64,000 bases of DNA from Bugula neritina (taxonomy: Eukaryota; Animalia; Bryozoa), in contig OZ037765.1 in the NCBI GenBank assembly GCA_964035545.1, positions 2,108,001-2,172,000 of the forward strand, given 5' to 3'. Position 1 is the stretch's first letter. Every line of letters starts with the position of its first letter. This document shows positions 1 through 13,100 of this stretch, piece by piece. Both the position numbers and the translations under genes were made by a program. The notes below the pieces were generated by a model. It was not told the DNA's origin. It ran no database searches and was given only the letters and a program-made list of their open reading frames with translations.

Positions 1-1270
1 CAAACTGTATATACTATATTAGGCTGTATATATTATTTATGATGGCGTCAATAACAGGATATAGCGTGGATTGTGGGAACCATAAGATTTATTCATATTG
101 ACACACAAAGTTAGCATGTTTATCTTTGGTGAATCTAATGTCACTGTAGGTAACATGTGGTTCCCTCAAAGTTGATCTCCAGCTGGTTTTATATTCGGTC
201 ACTTGTTCTTAGAAATATCATTAGTGTAGTACAGCAGTTAATTGACATATATTATACGGATACATGTAGGTGTCTATATAATGTATATGACTAAATTATT
301 AATTTCCTTAACTATTTTGCCTATTAAATAGTTGTTGTAAATTGACTATCTTGAATAAGTCAGTCATATGCATTTTAATAAGAAACAATGAAGCGTTGCC
401 ATAATGCTATATATTTGGTCTCTTTTTATGTATAAATAATGGCTGTTAGTTTGAAATTTATTTTTGCAAATAAATTGTCTGCAAATAAAAAATGAATATC
501 AGTTCTAGATATAAGAATGGTAACTCTCCAACTGGTTATGATAGTTAACTTGTAACTCAAGCAGATAGTTTGCTACCAGTTGAAATAAAATATGGGTAAT
601 AACTCAGTTACGCTGACTTAGTGATCAAAATTTACATAGCTGAAAGCTATGCAGGGACTAAACGAGACACCCAAGTCATAGGAAGAGCTCGTGAAGCAAC
701 TGGTTTCAGTGAAGAAAGCCGTCTTTTTTGCGGCAAGAAATTGTAGAGCTTCATTGAGAATGAATTAGCAGGCGACAGCAGACTTCTCAAGTCTCTTGGA
801 GCTAGAATCAAGAACCAGCGCCAGGCACGCAACCTCCTAAGCTGAGAAAAATTAAAACTATCAAACTGTTAATAATTTTGATGAAAGGTAGTCAATCACT
901 AGAATGTTTACCACCTGTTGGAGTAATGTCACAATGTTACAATACATATTACGTTTTACATTATTATAACTCAACCGAAGGTATAGATAGAGGACAAATA
1001 AAGCAAAGACTGTGTTACATTTTAGTAAAATTTTATTTAGGAATATGGATAAAATTTGATTTACAAAGAATGGAATAATATATATTCTTCCCATTTACAA
1101 ATCATGTACTGTATATAATATATTACAGTCACCAATATAAAGGCTCATGTATATAACAGGTTTCTACTATACATTTTATAATAATACAAATGATGTTATC
1201 ATTAAGTTCATAATACAAGGGAAGTCCCACAGATCTGGGGCTGTAGCTGTTCTACACCTTCAGTGGTTGT

Positions 1271-4200
1271 CTACTCATTAGACTTGCCTTTCTTTTTCTT
1301 CTTTTTAGGAGCTTCCTCTGCAATGCTGTCGTCAGCCGCTGGCTCTACTAAACAATCAATACCACTGCAGTGTGCCCAGACAAAATGGCAGCTGTTCACA
1401 GACACACCGAAATGCTTTAGCAGCAGAATAGCATTTCTATCATCTGACAAACTTCACTATATTCTCTGACATTGAATGCATCATTTATTCAGAATATAAG
1501 AGCAATAGTTGAACAACAAAATAAAAATAGTTGAATTTATTTGTGTTGTAAGAAGCACAGCATTTCATCAAAGTCTCAACACATTCAGCAAGCTTACTTG
1601 AGGCTTACACTGACATCAAACAGACGTACAGATTCTACACTAACACCTACCATTCTCCACGTCCTCAACTTCTGCTTTCCGTTTCTTCTTTTTCTTCTTC
1701 TCCACATCGCCGTTGACCAGCTCCTCTCCCTGAGACTCTGCTGTTATTGCTGCCTCTTTGACTGCCGCAGCTTCATCTTCCGCCAGTCGCTTCTCCTTCT
1801 TTTTCTTCTTCTTGGCTTTCTTAGCCAACTGAGCTTGTACAATTGATGCCTAGAAACAGACCACGTTACCACTATACCACCTGACTATACCATGTAACCA
1901 CCATACCACCTGACTATAACATGTTACCACTATACCATTTAACTATACCATGTTACCACTATACCACCTGACTATACCATGTTACCACTATACCATCTGA
2001 CTATACCACGTTACCACTATACCATCTAACTATACCATGTTACCACTATACCACCTGACTAGGCAAGACCACACAATACTATCATTCGAAACACCAAAGC
2101 ATTGTCAGTTATATATTCCAACTCGTGAAATCACCTCTTCAACTGCAGTTCCCATGACCTCCACATTCTTCTTAGGCAGCTCTCCGGTCTCATAGAACTT
2201 GAGTCGGTCTTCCATCTGCTGCTTCATAGCGTCTCCATACACTGTGGTAGGGTATTCTACACACACCAAATGCATGTTTACTAGTTGGCACTTGCTATAG
2301 GTAAGTTGATAAGTTTCAATCTAATATCTTTTTATAGCCAATCAATATTTTCAATTTATCTTTTACCATTCACATTCACCAATAAGTTTTGGAAATATCA
2401 GCAAGCCAGCAGCAAAATCAACACCTCCGAGTATAAACTTGGAATAGTATGGAGGGTGATGGTTGTAGTAGTGGCAGTAGTAGTACTAGTAGCAGCAGCA
2501 GCAGTAGTAGTACTAGTAGTAGCAGTAGTACTAGTAGTAGCAGTAGTACTAGTGGTAGTAGTAGTAGTAGCAGCAGCAGTAGTACTAGTACTACTACTGC
2601 TGCTGCTGTATTAGTACTACTAATACTACTACTAGTAGTACTAGTAGTATTAGTACTAGTAGTAGTAGTAGTAGTATACAACATACTAACAGCGCGTAGA
2701 CGAGATGTGTCCTGACGTGCCATTACCTGAAAAACAATCTATTCGGGAAGCAATAGAACACTTGTTGGCCAGGAACCGGGATATCCTTCCTTTGTTCTTA
2801 GCAACTGCTCGACCAATGAAAGCAGAGTGGTAGATGAGTCCATACTTAGGGGTGTTGGACCTGGTCTTCAGTGCTCTAGTAGGAGAGAAGAGAGTTGAAA
2901 CAATAAGGTACGATGCAGCCACTTAAGAACAATTATCACGTTTACAACCCACATGTAGGAACTGCTTACGAGTGTTACAGCTTTACACACCTGAACAGGG
3001 CTTTCTCTGCCCCCAGAATCTGTACTGTTGATGCCGGACATTTGGCTAGGTTGGTGAGGCTGCCAGCATGAGAAATGAGTCTTGCTCCAACCTAAACACA
3101 CATACAATAGTGTAAAGTATCTCTACAATAGCATTGGTGTCAAGTTGAATAATGAAATATTTTTATTCCCTTGGGGATGTAAGAGTAGTATTTATTTTCT
3201 TATTCCCATGATCTATGTGTGCAAATAGCTATAGCTATAACCACATAGATAACGATAATAGGCCATGACCACAGAAATAACTAAAACTCCATATTACATC
3301 ATAGCACCAGTAACTGTGAATTAGCAAACCTGTTAAAAAGCCTGATAAATTTTATGAATTCCTCTTGATACTATAAATACTACCGGAACACAAAAAAACC
3401 CACAAAAATATGTCCCTAATGAGAAACAATAAACTGCAACTGCATCAGTAAACACTTACGCTGTCGCCAATCAAAGCGCATAGATTTGGGCAAACGCTGC
3501 CCATTTTGTTGTGTAGATATTCAGCCAGCTCCTTCCTGTATTCAGCAAGAGAGACGACCTTCTTTGCAAATCTCTCAATGTTGATGAGATCAAGAGGAGA
3601 GATGTCCATGCCTGCACGACAATACGTGTTACTGTTGATACAATACAAGTTACTGTTGATACAATACAAGTTACTGTTGATACAATATCACAGCAACAAC
3701 CTGCAGACACCTGCTGACTGACTGACACTTACCCATAGAAGACTTGGATGCTGCCAGCACTGCCTCAGCCTGCGCAGTGTCACCAAGCACCTGTTCCACA
3801 GCCTCCATCTTGTCCTCCGAGAGCTGCTTTCTATCTCCGACAATAACCACCACGGAGGCATACTTGTAGTTGTCGCTCACAATCTTGAAGAGCTCTGGGA
3901 AGTGGTAGGAGTACCACTCTCTATGCACACACAGAATGGCAGATGTTATGACTTACTAGGGTCATGCTGTTTCATAACTAACTAGATTATAGCAGAATAC
4001 TATTATAGAAGTTATTATATGTATTTTATGTTTATTTTCGAAATGCACCTAAAAGGAACAGGAAAACCCACACATTTTACCTAGTTATTCTGGAATGTGC
4101 GTGTAAACTGTCAATATCAAACAATATATAGAAAATAGTGACATCTGGAATTGGAAAATAAAGTTTGACACATTATCTTAAATATACTACACAATATGAT

Positions 4201-6179
4201 TACAGAATTTCTTGGCAGCAGTTATCGAGCTGGAGTTATCTTACCGACAGCGCATGCTGAATGTGTTGACATCTTTGTCGAGTTGATCGAGTAGGTTAAT
4301 GCTCTGAATGATCATGTTGTCTGCTTTGTTGACGTTAAACTTGACCTTGCACCTGGAATAGCTGTGGCCCAGACCCAGCTGGGCCTTTGATGAGTTCACC
4401 TCCGTCAATCCCTTTATAAACTTGTGAAAGTGGAGTCTGATTCCTGGGGAAGAGAGTATGGCACATGTGACTGACACATGTCACTGACTGACACATGTCA
4501 CTGACTGACACATGTCACTAACTGACAGGTGTCACTAACCTAGCACCAAATGGCAGCATGTTATGTTACAAACACACACTATCAGTTCGAAAACTGTGAA
4601 GTTAGAACAGTTGAGATCTAAGATTTAATTACCATTTGATTGCTAATTTAACTCAAAATAAAATAGCATCCATATTCTATTTTAAAATAACATCAAGGCC
4701 ATGACAGGTATATAGAATGCACATTCTGTTTTGTTTAAATAAATGTCTTATTTTATTAGAAATCAACTGGCTTTGATTCTATTTATGCAGTGAATACCTC
4801 TGATAATTTCCGGGACAACTCCAGTGTGCTGGCACGATAACCCAAGTTCTTCATTTATTGATGCACTGAGTTTAGAATCTGAGACCCCAAGTACCACTTT
4901 GTCTTTTTTACTTGACTTTACATTTGACGACAGAAAGACTTTCAAGTCATCGTGAACAATCCCTGGACAACAATGTAAAAAGATGAATTACAAAGATACA
5001 ATTAGAAAGCAAATCCTTAAAGTTAAGTGAGTCCAGGTTTATGGAAATTTCAATCAATTGATAACACAAAGAAAAAAACACTATTTCACAATTTAGTTGA
5101 AATTATGGTTTTTTGCATAGAGCACGAGTTAACAACTGATAGGAAAACTTTCAGAGACACACACATCTTAAGTAATTGGAATTTAAAAAAAAACTGAGAA
5201 ATTTAAAAATGTTACCTTCGGAGATGCTGTTACAGTTATCCAAAGCATTGGTTCCACTTTTGAAAGGGAGGAAAGATAGGAGTGATACAATGCTCTTAAA
5301 CGAGGCCACATCACTTAGACTAGCTTCAACCTGAGGTATCATCAAGCCAACCTCCTCAAATTCTCGCACGTTGAACAGGCCGTAGCCCGAGGCATGCTCA
5401 AACAAAATAATCAACCGATGGCCACCCTACAATGAAAAAAATCGTACTACTTTTAAAAGACATATGACTATCACTATTAGACTGAGTTATTAAAGCTATT
5501 GACACTATGACTGTTAATATATTATATATCAATATGTAGATTATTCTGAGATTGAGAGCTTAGTAAATTTATGAAATTAAATAAATAAGGTTAGTAGAAA
5601 TTGAAGCACCCGTGCTTGGTTTATTGCAACAAAAAGCTAATTATAATAATGGTAAAAAAGCATCAGACTAGCTTGCGTTTTACTAGGTTAGCTTGCTGGA
5701 ATAGCTTAACAGTTACTGGTCATCTAGTGTACAAGCAACAATTGCAAAGTCAATAACTAGTAATCTTGATCTTCATTTTGATCCAGTGCGCGCACAACAA
5801 AGTCAAATTGAAATACAATAACTAAAGTGTATGATTGCCAAGCCTAAAAAATACTTATCGAATAATCCGTTACGATACGATACTAAGAGCAGCTTCGAGT
5901 GTAGCAGAGTACAAGACAAGGCGGCTGTGCGACAGGTTAGACTTGAAAATCAAATTCAAATAGAAATTCAAATTGCAACTGGAAGTCATTGTCAATTTCA
6001 AAGTGCATTTCAAATTGCTTACTTGAAGCCTAAAACTATTTCTAAACTTGTTGGTATATATTTCACAAATACTTATAAAACATAATTTTTATATATTATG
6101 AGCATACTATTTATATTCATCACGAAAATTATTATTTGAACAGTTACGCTAAGATTTACTCAACCGATCCACTTACCAT
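1271..6179 (-). CDS. NOP56: Nucleolar protein 56 (box C/D snoRNP core protein), 11 coding exons
   Basis: Exons 6179-6177 (ATG only), 5426-5216, 4962-4798, 4443-4245, 3920-3733, 3611-3460, 3091-2991, 2875-2727, 2256-2135, 1849-1651, 1344-1271; all GT-AG and phase-consistent. Motifs [77 protein letters not shown] and a Lys-rich tail. Confidence 0.97.
1860..2061. repeat. 29-bp minisatellite, ~7 copies, next to a NOP56 acceptor
   Basis: ccatgttaccactataccacctgactata tandem units. Confidence 0.9.
2462..2676. repeat. Degenerate TAG/CAG/TAC trinucleotide tract in a NOP56 intron
   Basis: Visible agt/agc/act iterations. Confidence 0.9.
4462..4540. repeat. 17-bp minisatellite, ~4 copies
   Basis: ctgacacatgtcactga units. 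Confidence 0.85.
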
Positions 6180-7186
6180 GCTGACCAGAACGCGTGAAGA
6201 CAGGAAATGGAACGCAGAAACGGCTAACGTTGTTTTCGATTGGTTTTAGGTGCATTAGCGAGTCCGTTATTAATATTGTTGACAGATGCAAAGGGTTAAA
6301 GTTCATAACAATGATGATAGATCACACTGGTTTTTATTGGGCATGAATTATTGAACGGTTTGGTAATTTAACAGTTGCTGATGGACTTGCAGCTAAAGTT
6401 CTAGTTGTTGTAAGTATGACTGTAAAATTTGTATCAATATATTTACATTTGAATCAGAAAACACATGATTTTATATGTACTTTTTGTTATTTTTTTACTA
6501 TCTGTAGACTTTAAACTTTAAAGCGTAGTACTACTAGTACTAGTAGTGTAGTACTACTAGTACTAGTCACTAGTGTCTAGTACAAGTTGAGTTCATGTTG
6601 TTTTTTCATATTAATATTATTTAAATATTATTTGTGTCATCGCCATACCCAATCTAAATCTCATAGTCAAACTGATACTCATAGATGATAGCCACAGTGA
6701 CAGTGATAATCATAGTGGTCGTCAAAGTTATGTCATAGTGTAGGTCATGGTCAGTAATTCAAGTTGTATGGAGTTCGATAGATTAAATTCTATCATAATA
6801 AATATAAATATAATATATTAGTATTACTTTGATACTAATACTAATACTGAGTAATACTCTAAGAGTGAGTAGTCTTAGTAAATCAAAGTGTCACATTTTT
6901 ACTTACCTAAACTGAAAGTCAAAATACTAAAAATTGTATAAAGGCTGAAGATTTTTATTTTAAAATGTCTGAAATGATAAAAAAACTTGATGAATGTGAA
7001 TAAGAATGTGATGTTCACCCCATTGCTTTTGTATTCATTGTGTATTTTTAAAAACAATTAATATAAATTAAAATTGTTTACTGAGTTCACACGATTCAGT
7101 TATAATCTAACAATATTCCACAACAGAGTTTTGAGTTATTTCTTTGCATTTATTTACTTGCTTTATTTATTTGTATCCTTCACTTG

Positions 7187-10100
7187 TTATACATTGTCAG
7201 TTCCATTAGTTTTAGCAGCAACATCACGATTATTTCTTCGTTGTTTCATTTTTGCCAAAAATCTAGTAGTAGCTAGAGCAGCTCCCAAAGATACAGGATG
7301 TTCATTCTCATTGCTCACTATGTCTGTGTTGACATTTGAGGTGGTTTCATCATTAAGTGTTTGATTCTTGAATGCACCCATTCCATGCAGGGCTTTCAAT
7401 GCTGTAAATGAAGTTCCTAATTGGTTAGGCTTTTCTTTAGAACTTTTCGGTCTAGCTGCTTCATCAGCCATACTAAACACTCTTTTTTTCCCTTCTGTAC
7501 GTTCATAATTCAATTGTTTTTTAAGATCCAGCACAGCTCCCTTCAACGCATCATTGTTTGATTTTAAGTAGTATAAAATAAGAAATAGTAGTATAAATAT
7601 TGGAATTAATGCTCCCGGAGAGGATGCATACTCAAACACATTGTTGGCACTCGCTGGCAAAACTTCATCCATCCAGTTGGTCAGGGCCAAATACATGAAG
7701 TCTATTTTACTAAATGGCCCACAAATTTGAGATGTCTTTATCGTAACCATTGCAAAAGCTGTTGGAACCATCACAACGTATAGCATGAACAGCAAAATTA
7801 GCAAATAAAAGTTGCTACTCCCAGCTTTGAATATTCTTTCTTCCGGCACATTGCATACCATTACTGACCAAGCTCTTACATAAAACAATAGCAGCAGTTT
7901 GAGGAGATTAAACACGGGCAGGCCTGGTGAAAACAAAGTTCCCATCCAAACCATACCTTGATTGTAGACCAAGTGAAGTAGATTTTCTGCAAGTGAAAAT
8001 GTGGCATATCCAGGGAAGTTCCTCTCCAAATCCCAGCACCAACAGGCATTGCATACTTTGATCAATACAGCTTTGAAAAACTCAGACCCGTAAATCATAG
8101 CAATTGTTGTGACCAAATCAAACACAGTAAGCTTGAACAACTCTTGGCCTATCATGGTCTCCCAGCATGTGGTTTCTGGTACAAACCTTTCGACACAGTT
8201 ACTTATGCTAAAGTTACTTTCTGTGGTCAAGTTAAAAAGCTCTAGTGAACTTCCTTCATTTGAACAAAAGATTATTCCAGATAGATTTGTATTTTCATAA
8301 AAAGTTTGGTTTTGTTCCATAGCAGTTTCTTGAATGTCTTGTATCTTCCCATAAAGTGCAATGTATAAAGTGTATAAGTTAAGGAGATAAAGTGTAAGCA
8401 GTCGATACAAAGACCACTGCAATGCCACACGAGGATGATAATCTTCTAAACTAGCTATAAGATCAAACAATATTGGAAATATGGATGTGACCAAAGCCAT
8501 TACAATTGATATTTCGTTTTTCTCCCAAAACGTTGCAGAGTCTGACCCAGACTCTTTAATTCTCTGTTCGATAGCCTTAGATCTTTTTACTGTCAAGGAT
8601 ATAGCATAAGTACTAGCTCCTAGGACTAACATCACCATAAAGTTGGCCATGACTCGTAGAAATTTCAGTTTCTTACTGATTTTCTTTTTTGCCTCTTTTT
8701 GTTCTGTTATACTTTCTCGGATGCCAACCAAAATGGACTTGAATTTGTTTTTAGCAGTTTCAGAGTTTCCTATCATGTAATCCCAGTTAGCAAAAGTTTT
8801 CCAAGAAAATGTGAAGTTGTCATCTTTGTCGGATGCTTTTTCATCTTTGGCGTTAGATGCAATTTGTTTAAGGATTGCTATAAAGCTGTAAGCAAATGTT
8901 GCTAGGTTTGCCAATAAGTAAGCTAGAGGCATTCTGTATCCTGAATCGAATTTCTGCACACCGGAGTAGTAACCGTAGAATAATGGAGAGTATTTCACAT
9001 ATCCTTCAAAGTTCCAAGCAGTTGAGAGATAAGCTGCCAACTCAGTTTCATTTTCTAAAACAATTGGATAACTGACAATGTTGGTAAAACTCATAGGTAA
9101 AAGCAAGGTGTTGTCTCATTGTTGTAAAAGTTTTTTAGACAAAATAGGCAAACATTACTAATTTAGCAAATTTTTGAAGTTAAGTATTGTAACAATACGA
9201 TGGAAAGCATATAGAAAGTATGAGTTATAATAGTAATGGGAAAAGCATTTAAGTGATCTGAGTCACTTAGTTGAGCAGTTTTAACCAGTATTTACTCACT
9301 ATGGTATTGCAAACAAATTATCTTGAGATAGAGGCTCTGAAAAATACGTCAGTCCTTAAGATCGGCAAAAAGTTGTATAGGAATTATCACACCATAAACA
9401 TATAATCTAAGACACAACTCAATGAGTGAATAATTTGTATAGCATATAACCTGGAACAGTTTTATAATCCACTGTTCCCCATTTTGGACCAAAAACAACT
9501 TCAGGGGCAATGACCACTCCTCCCATAATCACTGCTTGCATAATGTTGGTCCAAAAGATCCATCTGAGAAAAGTAAAGTAAGAAGCAGTAACACTGCCAA
9601 AGTAGCTTTCAATGAGCTTGATTTTGTTCTCCCACGGTACCAGCAAGGCTGCATAGTTTAGGATTTCTCTAGAAGCTTTTGTCCACAAAGCCTATAACAA
9701 CCAGATATGACAAGTATTGCAAACACATCGATGAATGTTGCAAGCTAGTTTTTTGCTTAGCCTCCATCTCTTTAAATATACAATTATGTGAATTCTTAAA
9801 TATAAAAGCACTAATGCTTATATATGTACAAATACATCTACTGGCATAACATTCTATGTTTAGCAAATAGGGGTGTTATTTCGAGCAATTTTTGTCATAA
9901 AATGTAGCTACTAGTTACTCTTTCTTACCTTTCCTCGTGCAAAATCTCCTGCCCCTCCTGATTTGCTCAGTTTTCCCTCAAACTTACTAGTGTACTCTCT
10001 TGCTTCCTTAAGCATTCTCATCTTCTTCCTTAGCGGCCATGTTTTATCTTTGACACCGTTTAATACCTATAATTACACGGAGTGTTACTGGTTGGAATAG

Positions 10101-13100
10101 TTCCTGACTTTAACCCTGTGTTGCTATCTTACACAATTATGCAATAGATATAAATACTTGTAAAAGCCTATAAGTTTCAGTTTTATTTTTTGATCTATAT
10201 TTAATATGTTCGCACCTCTTTGTAAAACTTAATCTTTTCAAAGATTTGTTCTTCTGTTCTTTTTACCAGCTCTGGGTCTAAGACTACAAAATTAATAGGC
10301 ATGTTTTAATGTACTTTTTGTTATGTTTCCTTATTGAAAATTTAATAAGAGCAATTGATACTCACTTGCAATATAAACATGAAAAAATAACAATATAATA
10401 TTATGCAGCTTTAAGAGTAGGGAGCAGCAGCGGTGTAGGGGCTAGGGTGCTGACGTAGTCAATCTGAGGCTATAAGTTGAATTGTAGTAAAGGCCATTGG
10501 TGATGTTATGAAGAGCATCCAATCATAATTGCTTCAGTGCTACATCAGAAAAAGTCGTAGCTTAGTTTTGTGTTGATTTTAATTGGTAAGGTTACGAACC
10601 GTCAGTGTCGAATTCATTATCCTTAGACTTAGCTAGCACTTCCTCCATGTACTCTATGTTTACATCTCCTGGTGGCACTTCATCATTGTCACGCTGCCCT
10701 TCCCAGACATCGCTGTCTCTTACTATGCGCTCCTCTCCCATCTCAACATCTATTTCATTGCATACAGATGCCTCTACAAACATTTCACAACATTTGTCAA
10801 AGTTACTATTCAACTGTTAGCTTCATAGTGAAAGCAGTAAGCACCTATCACAGTCTGGCTGATTAAATTGCTTTTATATTTTCACATGCAGTTTAGCTAT
10901 GGTTATAAAATATTTCTTGGTCAAATTTTGACTAGTCTTTTTGATGCAAGGTAGTTTCAATAAAAAAGTTTTCCATTTGTAAATTTCAAAATTTGATATT
11001 AGTATAACTTTTTTATTATATATATATGTATAATATATACACAATAGGATTTTAATCACATAGATAATAGCACAGACATTTTTTTAATTTATACCTTCTT
11101 GTGGATTTTCTGACTGCTTTTCAATCGCTTCCAACACATCATGAAGAGTTTTATCATCAAGTGATTCCTCTTCATTGCTTGTGTTCTCTGCGGTAAAATA
11201 ATTTAGACATTTCAACATATAGCCTTTGTTTATCAGCTTTATAGATCTCCAGTTATACTTCCTTCAAAATTCTCTCTGCTATCTTTAGGTTAATTTGATA
11301 TTTTCTTGGTTATTTTTCAGGAATGTTCAATTTAGCTTAATCACATAAAGCTATTATGCCACTTCTAAATATACAAGCTCCATAAAATAGTTCTAAAAAA
11401 GCTTAAAATTTGGTATAAATATATCTATTTTAGCCCCATAGAGTTATTGAGTTAATACTTGAGTATATCCTATTAGATTTTTATAAGGCTCTTTTAGTGT
11501 ATTACTTAAGGCCAGTCATGCAGTTTTATACCTATTTACCATATTTATCATTATCAGCTAATTTCAGCTATTAAAGAAAGTTATAATTAGCCCATTTTGC
11601 TGAACTTGAATTCATGCCTACATGCTGCTACCAAAATTTTTGGAAACTTGAATGATTACGTCACATTAAAATTATAGCAGAAAAGTTCCTTCTGCAGATA
11701 TGCAACCCCAAATGTAAGCTGTTTCTAAGGTCAGCAAGTCATTTGATTAAACTTCAAACCTGAAATTTTTTTTAAGAAGTTACAAGTTTAAATGCTGATA
11801 CTAATTTATGACCAACATTCTCAAAAATGCTGTATAAACAGACCTTTATTTTTCATGGCATCTTTTGATAAATCCATCTCTTTTGAGTCCATCAAATTCT
11901 CAGCTACTAAATCGTGATCTGCAAAAATATTTTTCAATCTATTATAAATAAAAAATCTCTTTTTGTTAAAGTATGCAGCTTGTGAGGCAAAGCTTCATGT
12001 TACCGCAGGCTCATCAGACTTCCCTTGTAAGTTATTCTCAACTAGGCTACATTCCCCTGACTTTATGTCGTGGAAAAAGTTTTAAAAATGTGTTTGGTGT
12101 TGAAGTATATTGATATTATATTACATATTATGTTGTAATAATTAGTAATTAAAGTGTTTACTTACTTACTTTAAATGATGTTAAATGCTATAATAATAGC
12201 ATTTACCTTTACCTTACTCAGCGTTTCATGGAGCATTTTAAGTTGAAGTTTACAGAACGTCCTGGAGCTACAGCTTTCAATTTAAAACTAACCATCATCA
12301 TTCAGTTAGCAAATTATATTTAGAAAGATAACAACTTATTTATATTTATTTAAGCTCAGCCTACGTATTGAATCAAACTCATTGGTTTATATAACCTAAA
12401 GTTAATAATATCCACAACCTTGTGAACTCATCTTTTCTGGTGTCTTTACATCTTTTTCTGCTGACTCATCAGTGAGATCTTTCTCTTTAGATTCTTGTGA
12501 ATCACTTGCCAAACCTAATCCCTCAGCCAACTCTTCTGTTTTCCCTTCTTTAACTTGTTCATTGTTTACTTGAGAAATGTTTTCAACTTCCTTTTTGGTC
12601 TCATTTGGCTGATTTAGTTTCTTTTTTGAGAAAATAGCAGCATTTAATTTTGACTTTTTCTTGTTTACTTTTACCTGTTTTTCTTTTTCAGACTTTCTGT
12701 GTGAGTCTTTCTTACTGGTTGAGCTGGCAGCTTTATTCACTGATTTCAACTCACCATGTTTGTTTGTCTTTTGATTAGTTTCAGCACATTTTCTTGCAGG
12801 TTCTGATTTAGGATTGGGCTTCTTTTCTTCTCTCTCAGTAACTTTTTCTTTTTTTGCTGTAGTAATTGGTTCTATTTTACTCTTCCCTTGTAAAACTTTA
12901 TCTTTTAGAACTACTTTTGATTTTATTATTCTATGTTGAGCCTTTATGCTGCTTTTTTCATAGTTCTTCAGTCTGCTTTTCTGGTTCCTTTTTGCGGTCA
13001 CAAAGTTGTCCTGGTGTTTCTTTCTAGGCTGCTCTTTAGTACTGCCAAAATTTTCTGCAAGTTTATAGAACTGAATAAGATATTTATAAATTTAAGAGCC

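Noticed and set aside
2285-2723. Hydrophobic and Ser-rich ORFs
   Set aside because: Trinucleotide repeat inside a NOP56 intron.
4050-4180. H/ACA-like hairpin in a NOP56 intron
   Set aside because: No H or ACA box at the required spacing.
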